A stretch of DNA of 64,000 nucleotides, from IMG/VR virus record IMGVR_UViG_3300031344_000002, positions 62,001-126,000 of that record. One strand, 5' to 3'. Both the position numbers and the translations under genes were made by a program. Positions 9,429 through 19,656 of this stretch are shown here, piece by piece; the stretch's first letter is position 1; the number at the start of each line of letters is the position of its first letter. Under the pieces are notes generated by a model. The model made no database searches. It saw nothing but the letters and a program-made list of their open reading frames with translations, and was not told the origin of the DNA.

Positions 9429-9719
9429 ATGGTAAGTAAAATTTTAGAAATATTTTCACACAATGGTGAATTAAGTTCAAAACGAATAGGTGGATTTATG
9501 TTAATAATATCAGGAATAGTTTTATGTTTTACATATTATGAAAAAACATTATGTCTGGGTGTTATATCAATTGGTGCAGGACTTTTGGGATTTACAAGTG
9601 TTGAAAAAATATTTGAAGATAAGGATAATTCAAATAATGTTTGCGCTAAAGAAAATACAGATAATAATTCAAATAATATTACCACTAAAGAAGATACTGG
9701 TAATGACGTTGCCAAATAA
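9429..9719 (+). CDS. Small two-TM membrane protein, holin-like
   Basis: The start was moved to ATG 9429 because the TTG at 9390 lies upstream of the promoter motif. SSKR is followed by two hydrophobic segments and a charged tail. Confidence 0.45.
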   Translation: MVSKILEIFSHNGELSSKRIGGFMLIISGIVLCFTYYEKTLCLGVISIGAGLLGFTSVEKIFEDKDNSNNVCAKENTDNNSNNITTKEDTGNDVAK

Positions 9720-9724
9720 ATAAA

Positions 9725-10138
9725 ATGGATTACTCGACATTCAATATTAACAACTTTTTTATTAAAAAAGATAGCACATTTCCTGAATTAAAATATCCAT
9801 TGTTGCAACATACATTAGAACAATATGGTATAACTTCAGATATGCTCGAAAATGTTGCAGTTACAGTATCTATGATTGATGAAAATGGATTGTATCGTAT
9901 TGCAAATGTTCCAGCAAATCTTGTTATTAATGATAATAGACTAGATTTTCCTGCTGAAGAAAAATATACATTAACATATAAATTTAAGCTAAGAGATACA
10001 AGAAAAACAGGTAATTACAAATTGGAACTTACTGTAGATTTTTTAGGAAATGAATTTTGTGGAAAGATAAAATTTCCAGTTAATGGTTATATAAATGTTA
10101 TAATATCTGATTCAATTACTAAGACCACAGTTGTTTAA
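9725..10138 (+). CDS. Ig-like baseplate upper protein (BppU N-terminal-like)
   Basis: FFIKKDST.P.L...LTYKF...DT...G.Y..E..V.F...KFP..GYI.V.I pattern. Confidence 0.5.
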   Translation: MDYSTFNINNFFIKKDSTFPELKYPLLQHTLEQYGITSDMLENVAVTVSMIDENGLYRIANVPANLVINDNRLDFPAEEKYTLTYKFKLRDTRKTGNYKLELTVDFLGNEFCGKIKFPVNGYINVIISDSITKTTVV

Positions 10139-10201
10139 TATTAAATTTATTATAGTTATGATATGAACTTCCATTAATAAGAACTCTTTTTAAAAAAAAT
10201 A

Positions 10202-10232
10202 ATTGACATTTTTGTTTTTTTGATTATCTTTG
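10202..10232 (+). promoter_or_regulatory. Bacteroidota-type host sigma70 promoter
   Basis: aTTG at 10202-10205, 19-nt spacer, TATCTTTG (TAnnTTTG) at 10225-10232. Confidence 0.65.
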
Positions 10233-10253
10233 CATGTAAAGTCAAAAAGTTAT

Positions 10254-12050
10254 ATGCAATCATTACCTTTATTTATTATTTCTTGTGAAAGAATTTCTAA
10301 AAGACAAGCATATTATCTTAGGTTTCAATATAATGAAGGATTAATAAATAATCTTAAATCATTACCTGAAGATACTCGTAAATGGAATGCTGGAATGATG
10401 GTATGGGAAATAACCACATTATCATTATTCTCTTTAATTAAAAAATATAAGGGTTCTAATAAAATTCATTTTGATTTTGGTAATGATGATAGTCGGAATA
10501 TTTTTATTCAACAAATTAAAAAACTTGAAATTGCTGAAGTTGAGAAACGTAAATTTATTGCTGAATTAAATATTAAGAAAGAACATTGGGTTAAATATAA
10601 GCAGGAATTAGAAGAAACATATGAAAAATATATAGATGTTGTTCAAAAAAATTTAAAACCAAATATAACATTATTTAAACATCAAGTTGTAGGAATAATG
10701 TTTTTAAATGTAGTAAGAAATGCATTATTAGCTTTAGGGATGGGTTCAGGAAAAACTTTAATTTCAATAGGTTATGTAGAAATGAATGGTTTTAAAAAAG
10801 TAATTGTTATAACACCCAACTCATTGAAATACAATTACTTAAATGAAGTAAAAAAATTTTCAAACAATTCACAAGTTTTTATTGTTGGTAAAAAAAATAC
10901 GTGTAATATTGAAAATAGTAAATACATTATCTTCAATTATGATTATTTTAATTCATCTGATTTTAATAAGGTGAAAGATAAGTTTGATAAATTAAATATA
11001 GGTAAAATAGATTGTTTAATTGCAGATGAGTGTCATCGTATTTCTTCAACTTCAACAAATACGTATAAAGCGTTTAAAAGATTATTTAAAGACGATATTT
11101 TTAATGATGGAAAAATATCAAAAATTTTTATGTCCGGGACTCCAGCAAAATCGCACGCATATCAGTTATATAGCGTGTTACATCAAATTTCACCATTAGA
11201 ATTTCCAACAAAAGATAAATTTTATAAAATTTATTGTGGAATGTCGTATAATATCGATGGCTTTGGTTGGGAAACAGATATTAGTTTAACAAAATTCGAA
11301 GAATTATTTAATAAAATAAGCCCATTTACATACAGAAAAAAACTTGAAGAAATGCTTCTCGATTTGCCAGAGAAAACAGTACAAAAAATAGTTCTTGAAA
11401 TGACACCTAAAGAATATGAAATATATTATGAATTAGAAGATGGAACAATTAATGAGTTTAATGATAAAAAAATCATACATCCATTAGCAATATTAAGTAA
11501 GTTACGAGAATATACTAGTCATTTGAAAACAAATAGTGTGAGAGAATTAATAGATTCAATTTTAGAATGTGGCGATAAATTAGTAATTGTAGATTTTTTC
11601 AAAAAAAGTTTACATGAATTACATGATAAATATCCTGAAATATCAAAACTTCATATTGGAGATGTTTCTGATACTGAAAGAGCCGAAATTGTTAGAGATT
11701 TTCAAGATGAAAATGGAAAAACCAAATTATTATTGGGTTCTCAAAGTACAATTTCTGAAGGACTTACATTAACAGCAGCAAATAAGATTGGTATTATTAC
11801 TGTACCGTGGACACCTTCTGATATGGACCAGATAGTTTTTCGAATTTATCGCATAAATCAGCGCAATGCAGTTAATGCATATTTTTTTGTATATAAAGAT
11901 ACTATAGATGAATACGTTTTCGATTTATGTGAAAAGAAACATCAAGAACTTTCAATGGTAATTGATGGGAAAAAATCCGAATCAGACATTAATCAAAGTA
12001 TTATTAATGACTTAATTAATATAATAAAAAATAAGCATAAAAAAATCTAA
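10254..12050 (+). CDS. SNF2-family helicase with N-terminal HARP-like domain
   Basis: GMGSGKT, IADECH, MSGTP and SEGLTLTAA motifs; N-terminal F.YNE.LI..LKSLP...RKWN...WEI. The start was moved to ATG 10254 because the listed TTG lies inside the promoter. Confidence 0.85.
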   Translation: MQSLPLFIISCERISKRQAYYLRFQYNEGLINNLKSLPEDTRKWNAGMMVWEITTLSLFSLIKKYKGSNKIHFDFGNDDSRNIFIQQIKKLEIAEVEKRKFIAELNIKKEHWVKYKQELEETYEKYIDVVQKNLKPNITLFKHQVVGIMFLNVVRNALLALGMGSGKTLISIGYVEMNGFKKVIVITPNSLKYNYLNEVKKFSNNSQVFIVGKKNTCNIENSKYIIFNYDYFNSSDFNKVKDKFDKLNIGKIDCLIADECHRISSTSTNTYKAFKRLFKDDIFNDGKISKIFMSGTPAKSHAYQLYSVLHQISPLEFPTKDKFYKIYCGMSYNIDGFGWETDISLTKFEELFNKISPFTYRKKLEEMLLDLPEKTVQKIVLEMTPKEYEIYYELEDGTINEFNDKKIIHPLAILSKLREYTSHLKTNSVRELIDSILECGDKLVIVDFFKKSLHELHDKYPEISKLHIGDVSDTERAEIVRDFQDENGKTKLLLGSQSTISEGLTLTAANKIGIITVPWTPSDMDQIVFRIYRINQRNAVNAYFFVYKDTIDEYVFDLCEKKHQELSMVIDGKKSESDINQSIINDLINIIKNKHKKI

Positions 12051-12063
12051 TAATTGAGAAAAC

Positions 12064-12459
12064 ATGGCAACCGATTATACATGGAATACCAATCCAATTC
12101 GAGACATATTAATGAATATGTTATTATCTAATTTTAATATTACAAATGGTGGTGCAAAACAAGAACTTCATAATATTTTTACACAAGTTATTGAACCATA
12201 TTTAAATAATAGAGGTGATTTAATTTATTTAGATTTTAATGTAAAAAAGAATAAAAATTATTATAAAGTTATTGGAAATAACCTTATAACAAGTCTTTGG
12301 CTTTCTGGAATTTTACCTGAAAATCCAAATGAAGTGATGAGAAATAATCAATATAAATTTGGTGATATAACATATCATTATGATATTAAAACGCATAAAT
12401 TAGAATATAGTATTAAAAAACAAAAAATAACAAATAAAAACAATAGGAAAAATGGATAA
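12064..12459 (+). CDS. Hypothetical protein
   Basis: 131-aa ORF tightly packed between helicase and polymerase. Confidence 0.5.
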   Translation: MATDYTWNTNPIRDILMNMLLSNFNITNGGAKQELHNIFTQVIEPYLNNRGDLIYLDFNVKKNKNYYKVIGNNLITSLWLSGILPENPNEVMRNNQYKFGDITYHYDIKTHKLEYSIKKQKITNKNNRKNG

Positions 12460-15400
12460 ACAAAACGTATTAAAAGAAATTAAATATTTTCTTGAAGGTT
12501 ATAATAATGATTTAAAATACATTGTAAATGTTGAAACTGACCCAAGAACAAATATTGCTAATTGTATAATACATGAACCAAATAAAGAACCGAGAATAGA
12601 AAATATTACATATGTTCCATTTCTTTATATGAAAGATTTATCAAGATTAAAATTTAAATTATATGAAAATCAATCAGAACAATATATTGAAAGTAAAAAA
12701 GTAAAATATGGAATAACTATTACTCCATTAAAAACCGGTAATCAAAAAAGATTAGTAGAAGGTTATTGCTTTAAAATAACTAGTAGTAGGTCACATAATG
12801 ATATTATGAATTACTTAAAAGATGGTGGAATTGACCCATATGAAAAATTAACTGAAGATGATGGTAAGACGATAATTAAAGATAAAAAAGGTGAACCAAT
12901 TTATTTATATCGTGATTGTTTTTATTCGCCAAGAATTACAGAACAATTTTTTATTTCAACACAAACGAGATTATATAAAGGATATGAAGAATATAAAAAT
13001 GTTCATAAATTAACATTTGATATTGAAACTACTGGTTTACGTTATCAAATTGCCAGAGTATTTGCTATTGGAGTTAAAGATAATCGTGGTTTTGAAACAA
13101 TATTGGAAGCAGCAAAAATTAATGATGATGAATCTGAAATTCGATTAATTCAAGATTTTTTTAATTTAGTTCATCATATAAAACCTGCAATTATTTCAGG
13201 ATATTTTAGTGAAACATTTGATTTTGATTTTATTTTAGGTAGAGCAAAAATACTTAAAATGAATTTAACAGAATTGCCACAAGGACTTAAAGAAGGAATA
13301 CAATTAAAAAGAAGGGGTAATGTTTCTGTTAAGTATGGTAATACTGCTGATAAATATACTGCTACAGAAATGTGGGGACTTTCCATAATTGATATAATAC
13401 ACGCAACAAAACGAACTGCAGCAGTAAATTCTGATTTAAAAGAAACTGGATTAAAATATGTTGCAAAGTTTGAAAAAATTGCTAAACCAAACAGAACATA
13501 TATTAAAGGAGAAGATAATTCAATTGGTAAATATTATCATGAAAATAAAATATTTCTCATTGATGAAAAAAATAATTATATTCAAGTACCTGATGAATAT
13601 CAAGAAGTTGCCAAAAATCTTTACAAACTTCAAATCAATAAAACTAATTTTAGTGATGAACAATATAAAGAATTAAGAAAAACATATCTTGATGAAAATA
13701 AAGAATTTATTGAATGGTTTAGAAAGGAAGCATTTCCAAAAAATTTAATTACATTTATTGGTGGTAAAAAATTGATAAAACAATATCTTCTTGATGACTT
13801 ATGGGAAACAGAACAAGTAGATGAATTATATAATCAATCATCATTTATGTTGGCAAAAATAGTTCCCACTACATATCAACGTATTTGTACAATGGGTACT
13901 GCTGCGATTTGGAATTTACTTTTAACTGCATGGAGTTATGAAAATGATTTAGCAATACCTCAATCAGATAAATATGAAAAATTTAGTGGTGGTTTAGCTA
14001 GATGTTATAAAACAGGATATTCAGAACGTATAATTAAGATTGATTATGCTTCACTTTATCCTATGATTCAATTAACAGAAGGGGTATTTCCTATCTTTGA
14101 TATAACTGGTGTTATGGAAAAGTTATTACTTTATCTTACAACTACTCGTAATATTTATAAAAAATTGGCAAATATTACTAAATTAGATAAGGAAGAAGTT
14201 GAATTGTCGAGACAAATTGACCCAGAAATACATATAAAATATATTAATAATGAACTTACTGCAGCAGATGTTGCAATGTCTAAAGTTAAACAACTACCTA
14301 TTAAGATTTTAAATAATTCATTATTTGGTGCATTGGGTTCGAATATTTCATTTAATTGGTCAGATAATGTTTGTGCAGCAAGAATTACTTGTGTGGGTAG
14401 AATTCATTTAAGACATGCAATTAATTGGTTTAGTAAATATGGTTGTGTTGCATTACTTGCAGTTACCGATGGTATTAATTTTCAATATCCTGAAAGAACA
14501 ACAATTAAAATAACTGATGAAGAAATGTTTGAAAATCAGCTAGAAGGTACAATTGAAGAAATGTGGAAGTATGATGATAAAGTGGGCATTGCAGCACTTA
14601 TTGAAAAATATAATAAGGAAGAAATGAAACCACCTTATATGAGTATAGACGATGATGGCAAAAGTATTTCATGTTTAAATCTTTCACGTATTAATTATGG
14701 TACACTTTCAATGGCTAAAGATAAGAAGACTGGTGAAATGAAAGAAAAGGTTAAATTAACAGGTAATACAATAAAGTCTAAAGTAATGCCAGAATATATT
14801 GAAGAATTTATTGATAAAGGATTAAATATGATACTTCATGGTCAAGGAAAGGAATTTGTGAAGTATTATTATGATTATGTTGATGATATTCGTTATATGA
14901 GAATTCCTTTGAAAAAAATTGCAAGTAAAAGTAAAATCATAAAGACTTTGAGTGCATATAAGAAAAGAGGTAGTGATAAAAATGGTAGGGAAAAGGGTAT
15001 GCAAGCACATATGGAATTATTGATTGAAAAACGTGAAAAAATAGCTGCAGAACTTTTTGAAAAACATAAAGATAATCTTAATCTTGAAAAAATTAAAAAA
15101 GAACTTACAATTGATGATAAAATAAGATTAATAGCTAATTATATGCCACAAGAACCTGAATTGGATAGTGTAGTATATTATGTAAATAGTGGATATAAAA
15201 AATCTTATGGCGATTCTCGTAAAATTACAGACAAAATTACTAATGAGGAAAGGTACTGTGCTACATTGATTAATAATGAAGACCTTCAACAAAATCCAAA
15301 TATGACTGGAGTATATAATTATGCGAAATATCTTGATGCTTTTAATAAAAGAGTTGAAACACTTTTGGTTGGATTTGCACCTGATGTTCAGAAAAAAATA

Positions 15401-16111
15401 TTGGTTGAAATGGATAAAGAAGATAATTTAATAAAAGCAGATTTTAGTCCATTACTTGATGAATTAGCATTAAGAAATTTTGATTCTGACAATTTTGATG
15501 AATCAATGTATTTAGAAGACCTCGAAGTTGATTTTTGGAATAAGACTGGATATGACCCTAGAAAGATTTGGAATGGTTTTAAAATGCATAAAGAATATTG
15601 TGTTCATTATGAAATATATGATAGTGCGTTAAATTTTCTTAATGAAAAAATGATTGCAAGTAATAAATCAAAAATTAAATCAATAAATGATGAATATAAA
15701 GAAGGAGATTTAGTACTTGTAAAAGATGGTAGTAATTATCATGTCGGTTTATATAATGGTGTCTATATTCAAATAATTAAAAGTAATGTTGATATTCCTA
15801 AAAGTCAAATTGAACTTGACCTTGATAAAGAAAGAGAAGAACGTCAAAAGAAAATTCAAGAATTGGGAATTACTGAATTGGCAACTAAAACTGATAGAGA
15901 ATTATTTTTAGAAAAGGAAAGAAAATTTAGAATGACAGCGTTTGCAGAATTCAAACAAAAATATGGAATTCCATTAGATAAAACTATGGAATGGGTATTT
16001 GCAGAAATGGAACATTCTGATGAAGCATTTGAGGATTTTGTTATTGAAAAACATGAATGTATGGAAGGTGATGTCGATGAATATGTTGATGATAATGATA
16101 TAAAAACTTAG
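12452..16111 (+). CDS. Family B DNA polymerase with 3'-5' exonuclease
   Basis: FDIETTG (ExoI), FDFDFI (ExoII), YLLDDL (ExoIII), DYASLYP (motif A), KILNNSLFG (motif B), AVTDG (motif C variant). Confidence 0.92.
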   Translation: MDKQNVLKEIKYFLEGYNNDLKYIVNVETDPRTNIANCIIHEPNKEPRIENITYVPFLYMKDLSRLKFKLYENQSEQYIESKKVKYGITITPLKTGNQKRLVEGYCFKITSSRSHNDIMNYLKDGGIDPYEKLTEDDGKTIIKDKKGEPIYLYRDCFYSPRITEQFFISTQTRLYKGYEEYKNVHKLTFDIETTGLRYQIARVFAIGVKDNRGFETILEAAKINDDESEIRLIQDFFNLVHHIKPAIISGYFSETFDFDFILGRAKILKMNLTELPQGLKEGIQLKRRGNVSVKYGNTADKYTATEMWGLSIIDIIHATKRTAAVNSDLKETGLKYVAKFEKIAKPNRTYIKGEDNSIGKYYHENKIFLIDEKNNYIQVPDEYQEVAKNLYKLQINKTNFSDEQYKELRKTYLDENKEFIEWFRKEAFPKNLITFIGGKKLIKQYLLDDLWETEQVDELYNQSSFMLAKIVPTTYQRICTMGTAAIWNLLLTAWSYENDLAIPQSDKYEKFSGGLARCYKTGYSERIIKIDYASLYPMIQLTEGVFPIFDITGVMEKLLLYLTTTRNIYKKLANITKLDKEEVELSRQIDPEIHIKYINNELTAADVAMSKVKQLPIKILNNSLFGALGSNISFNWSDNVCAARITCVGRIHLRHAINWFSKYGCVALLAVTDGINFQYPERTTIKITDEEMFENQLEGTIEEMWKYDDKVGIAALIEKYNKEEMKPPYMSIDDDGKSISCLNLSRINYGTLSMAKDKKTGEMKEKVKLTGNTIKSKVMPEYIEEFIDKGLNMILHGQGKEFVKYYYDYVDDIRYMRIPLKKIASKSKIIKTLSAYKKRGSDKNGREKGMQAHMELLIEKREKIAAELFEKHKDNLNLEKIKKELTIDDKIRLIANYMPQEPELDSVVYYVNSGYKKSYGDSRKITDKITNEERYCATLINNEDLQQNPNMTGVYNYAKYLDAFNKRVETLLVGFAPDVQKKILVEMDKEDNLIKADFSPLLDELALRNFDSDNFDESMYLEDLEVDFWNKTGYDPRKIWNGFKMHKEYCVHYEIYDSALNFLNEKMIASNKSKIKSINDEYKEGDLVLVKDGSNYHVGLYNGVYIQIIKSNVDIPKSQIELDLDKEREERQKKIQELGITELATKTDRELFLEKERKFRMTAFAEFKQKYGIPLDKTMEWVFAEMEHSDEAFEDFVIEKHECMEGDVDEYVDDNDIKT

Positions 16112-16129
16112 CAATATTAACAATTGATT

Positions 16130-16139
16130 AGTATTTATA
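16130..16139 (+). promoter_or_regulatory. Putative late promoter motif AGTATTTATA
   Basis: 14 nt upstream of ATG 16154. Confidence 0.65.
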
Positions 16140-16153
16140 TTAAAATTAATTAA

Positions 16154-16792
16154 ATGATATTAAAAAAGATAGATTTACTCGAAATAATCGATTCGAATGG
16201 TGAGTTAATTGGTAAAAATGATACGCCTACAAATGGCAGTGATTTAGAAAGTCAAGCTAATAATACTACCGATTATAATGCCAAAATTGGCACACAACCC
16301 TTTAGATATGATATGTTGGGTCGTTTTGGATTTTCCAATTTAAGTTTTACTGAGGGAAAAGAAAATCAAGAACAGAAAGAATTATTAAAAGATTTGGCAG
16401 TACTTGTTCATGAAAAATATATGAAGGATTTACAATATTTTTATAAAAACCCCAATAAATTAAAAAGTGATTATAGAAAAGTTGTTGGTGATAAATTTCA
16501 TTCAGAGGAATGTCAAAAAGCAGATATGGAATGGGCAAAAAAAATAATTAAAATAATGGAACTATATTTCGAAAATGTATTTAAAGAACCAATTGACGAA
16601 ATTAATTCAATTACGGAAAGTAAGGTAGAGGAAGATAAACTCGTCAATAAAAAATCTGAAGATGAAATATCAAAAAAATCTGAAAACCAAGAAATTAAAA
16701 ACAAAAAACTCCAAAAAGTTGCTGGTTTAATCAATAAACTCGATAAAAAAGATATTGATAAACTAATAAATTTATTGGAAAGAAGTAGATAA
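16154..16792 (+). CDS. Hypothetical (putative virion-internal) protein
   Basis: 212-aa charged ORF behind a late motif; contains LLE and ITE motifs. Confidence 0.5.
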   Translation: MILKKIDLLEIIDSNGELIGKNDTPTNGSDLESQANNTTDYNAKIGTQPFRYDMLGRFGFSNLSFTEGKENQEQKELLKDLAVLVHEKYMKDLQYFYKNPNKLKSDYRKVVGDKFHSEECQKADMEWAKKIIKIMELYFENVFKEPIDEINSITESKVEEDKLVNKKSEDEISKKSENQEIKNKKLQKVAGLINKLDKKDIDKLINLLERSR

Positions 16793-17583
16793 TGAATAAT
16801 ATGGCGAATAAAGAATTATATGATAAAACCTATCCTGTGCCTCAAAACATACTTAAAAGTATTGAGGTGGCGAAAGCATCTACTTCAGATAGTAATGGTC
16901 TAAAAAGGGCAAATTTTATACTTAAAAACGGTGTTTTAACATATCAGGCATTAAAAAGATTAAAGAATTTTTTTGATTATTTTAATCCACAAACTCAAAA
17001 TAAAACACAATATGCACTTGCTGGTGGTGATTTAATGAAACGATTTATTGAAACATCGTTAGCGCAAGATAGGGCAGGTGTTGTACGTAGTAAGAAAATT
17101 AAACAGGATATAACCACCAATCCTAATTCGGAATTAAAACCTTATCAAAGACCAAGGTTAAACGAAGAAAGGAAAGAATTAAAAAAAAACGCTGTTGCAG
17201 TAATTGTCAATAATGATAATAAAATTTTATTACTTAAAAGAGCAGATGATAGTAAAATTTGGATGCCAAATAAATGGTCATTGGTTGGTGGTGAAATGAA
17301 AAAAGATGAAACACCACAACAAGCCATTGAGAGAGAAATACTTGAAGAAACTAAATTAGAAATTAAAAAATTTATAAAATCACTTAGTATTCAAAGAAAA
17401 ACTGATAGTATTGAACACGTATTTGCTTGTAGATATACTGGTGAAGAAACAGATGTTAAATTAAATGATGAAAATACAAAGTATGGCTGGTATGATGTTT
17501 CTGAAATGAAATATTTAGATACTGTACCACATTTAATAGAATATATTACACTTGTATTTAAATCATATGAAGATGAAAAATAA
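16792..17583 (+). CDS. Nudix hydrolase with N-terminal helical domain
   Basis: Nudix box GGEMKKDETPQQAIEREILEETKLE; an LNE motif sits at the domain junction. Confidence 0.85.
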   Translation: MNNMANKELYDKTYPVPQNILKSIEVAKASTSDSNGLKRANFILKNGVLTYQALKRLKNFFDYFNPQTQNKTQYALAGGDLMKRFIETSLAQDRAGVVRSKKIKQDITTNPNSELKPYQRPRLNEERKELKKNAVAVIVNNDNKILLLKRADDSKIWMPNKWSLVGGEMKKDETPQQAIEREILEETKLEIKKFIKSLSIQRKTDSIEHVFACRYTGEETDVKLNDENTKYGWYDVSEMKYLDTVPHLIEYITLVFKSYEDEK

Positions 17584-17594
17584 TTTGGTTTAGA

Positions 17595-17604
17595 ACTATT
17601 TATA
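17595..17604 (+). promoter_or_regulatory. Putative late promoter motif ACTATTTATA
   Basis: Upstream of ATG 17639. Confidence 0.55.
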
Positions 17605-17638
17605 ATAAATAATAGTAAAAAAATTAAAATATAAAAAA

Positions 17639-17926
17639 ATGGCAGAAATTATATGTGATAATAGTAGTAGATTATTAGTAAATAGTGCAAGTTTTAGAGA
17701 TGAAAATCTTGTTAGAAATAAAATTTGTCATGGCTATACCTTTAATAATGAATATTGTACAGGAAATGCTGATACAATTTCTGATGGTGATTGTCGAGGT
17801 AGAGACCCACAAACACCGGGTGCATCAATTGGTACTAATGAAGATATTGCAGATAGAACTTGTTCAATCGCAAAAAATAGTAATCGTTATACTCCCGGTC
17901 ATGAATATTGCGCAGCAACTGCATAA
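17639..17926 (+). CDS. Small Cys-containing hypothetical protein
   Basis: 95-aa ORF behind a late motif. Confidence 0.55.
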   Translation: MAEIICDNSSRLLVNSASFRDENLVRNKICHGYTFNNEYCTGNADTISDGDCRGRDPQTPGASIGTNEDIADRTCSIAKNSNRYTPGHEYCAATA

Positions 17927-18882
17927 TAGTGATGATGATAACAGAAATTAAAATATTTTTTAACAATATCAAAAATCTTCGCCATCTATTAAAAGAAGGT
18001 GTTGGTGAGAATGATATTGTCAATGCAATTCAAAAACATGAATATATTTATATTTATTATGCAGGAGATAATACAATTGAAAGAGGATATAGAACAATTC
18101 GACCTTTTGTATTAGGTACAAGCACTGCAGGTAATAAAGTTTTAAGAGCATGGCAAGATAAGGGTAAAAGTGATAGTCTTAGAGTAGATAGTCCAAGAAA
18201 ACGACCTAATCATGAATATCATAGAGATAATGATGGTAAAGAAAAAGCTGGTTGGAGATTATTTCTTGTAGATAAAATAAGTTCGGCATATCCAACAGGA
18301 AAACGTTTTGTTGATGAAGATGGTAATGTAATGATTCCACCTTTATATAATCAAAACGATAAGCAAATGACGAATATTATTGCTTCTGTTTCACCAAAAG
18401 AACCTAAATCAGTGCAAACAAAAGGTTTAGGTAAAGTTGCAGCACCTTCAGTTGTTGCATCAAAAGTAGATAAATCGCAATTTAATACTCAAACAAATAA
18501 ATTTAAAAAATTTTATAATGCTGGTAAGCAAAAAAGAGATGCAACTGCAAAAGATATTCAAAATTTATATGATGTTGCTAAAAGAGTTATGAAAAAATCA
18601 CCAGATAGATATTTAGTTGCTATTGATAAAAAGGGTGATTTTAATCTTGTTGATATTGCTCAAAAAGATAAACTTCCACCAGAAGCAATTGTTGGAAAAT
18701 TAACAAATCTTTACGATAAATTAGTTAGAACAACAAAAACAACAGTACCTGCAGAACAAAGTTTCATTAAACAACAAAAAGATTCTGTTATGAAAAAACA
18801 ATCAAATATAAATAAAACACCAACGATGGTTAAAGAAAATGAAAAAAATCTTATTCAAGGAAAAACTTTTTTCAAACAATAA
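17908..18882 (+). CDS. WYL-domain protein with basic C-terminal extension
   Basis: IYY...RTIRPFVLG...VLRAWQ...GWRLFLVDKIS matches the WYL-like fold pattern. The true start may be a few codons downstream. Confidence 0.65.
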   Translation: MRSNCIIVMMITEIKIFFNNIKNLRHLLKEGVGENDIVNAIQKHEYIYIYYAGDNTIERGYRTIRPFVLGTSTAGNKVLRAWQDKGKSDSLRVDSPRKRPNHEYHRDNDGKEKAGWRLFLVDKISSAYPTGKRFVDEDGNVMIPPLYNQNDKQMTNIIASVSPKEPKSVQTKGLGKVAAPSVVASKVDKSQFNTQTNKFKKFYNAGKQKRDATAKDIQNLYDVAKRVMKKSPDRYLVAIDKKGDFNLVDIAQKDKLPPEAIVGKLTNLYDKLVRTTKTTVPAEQSFIKQQKDSVMKKQSNINKTPTMVKENEKNLIQGKTFFKQ

Positions 18883-18892
18883 AGTATTTATA
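18883..18892 (+). promoter_or_regulatory. Putative late promoter motif AGTATTTATA
   Basis: 22 nt upstream of ATG 18915. Confidence 0.65.
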
Positions 18893-18914
18893 AAAAAATA
18901 TAAAATTTTATAAA

Positions 18915-19598
18915 ATGGCAACAAAACCTGATTTAAATAAACTTAAAACTGAAATAGCAAGTCGTAAGCGAGAAAAAAGTATTGCACCTGTTGGTATGGG
19001 AGCACAGAATCAATTAGGTGCATCACCAAGAGATACGTTTTTAAATGGATTGTTGGAATCTTTGAAAACTGGTAGAGATACAGCATCAAGTAATTTAGTT
19101 AAAATTGTTGATAATCAAGTGGCTGCAAAGCATAAAGAAACTGCAAGACTTCCAATTAATGAAACGGTAGCACCTGTTCAACGTTCAACTATTCAACAAT
19201 CATCTATACATGAAACGGTTGATATGTCACCAGAAAGAGATGAATTATTATATCGAGACCTTGATAAACAGAGAAAACAAACAATTGCCGATGCAATGGC
19301 TGCTGGAATAGCACCCAATAAAAGTATGAATACTGGAATGCCATCTTACAATCCAAATACTGGACAACCAATGCAAATTAATGAAGGATATTTGGTTGAG
19401 AATGTAAAGAAAATTGTTGATAATTATTTAATTGATAATTTTGGTCCTGTTGTAGAAGAAGCAATTAAAGGTACAATTATTGAAATGTATGCTGTTGAAA
19501 GAATTAAAGAAGTCTTACAAGAAAATCGTGAAATGATAAAAACACTTGTATACGAAACTATTCGAGAAATACAAGCAAAGAGTAAAGCAAAGGCATAA
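18915..19598 (+). CDS. Hypothetical virion-internal/scaffold-like protein
   Basis: Contains INE, IHE, INE and LVE motifs; follows a late motif. Confidence 0.5.
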   Translation: MATKPDLNKLKTEIASRKREKSIAPVGMGAQNQLGASPRDTFLNGLLESLKTGRDTASSNLVKIVDNQVAAKHKETARLPINETVAPVQRSTIQQSSIHETVDMSPERDELLYRDLDKQRKQTIADAMAAGIAPNKSMNTGMPSYNPNTGQPMQINEGYLVENVKKIVDNYLIDNFGPVVEEAIKGTIIEMYAVERIKEVLQENREMIKTLVYETIREIQAKSKAKA

Positions 19599-19627
19599 TA
19601 ATTATTATACTTTTTTATTATTGAGTT

Positions 19628-19637
19628 TGTATTTATA
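19628..19637 (+). promoter_or_regulatory. Putative late promoter motif TGTATTTATA
   Basis: 19 nt upstream of ATG 19657. Confidence 0.6.
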
Positions 19638-19656
19638 ATCATACTCATATTCAAAA

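Noticed and set aside
12452-16111. Intein or intron in the long polymerase
   Set aside because: No C/S...HN-C/S/T splice junctions or LAGLIDADG motifs were recognised and the frame is uninterrupted.
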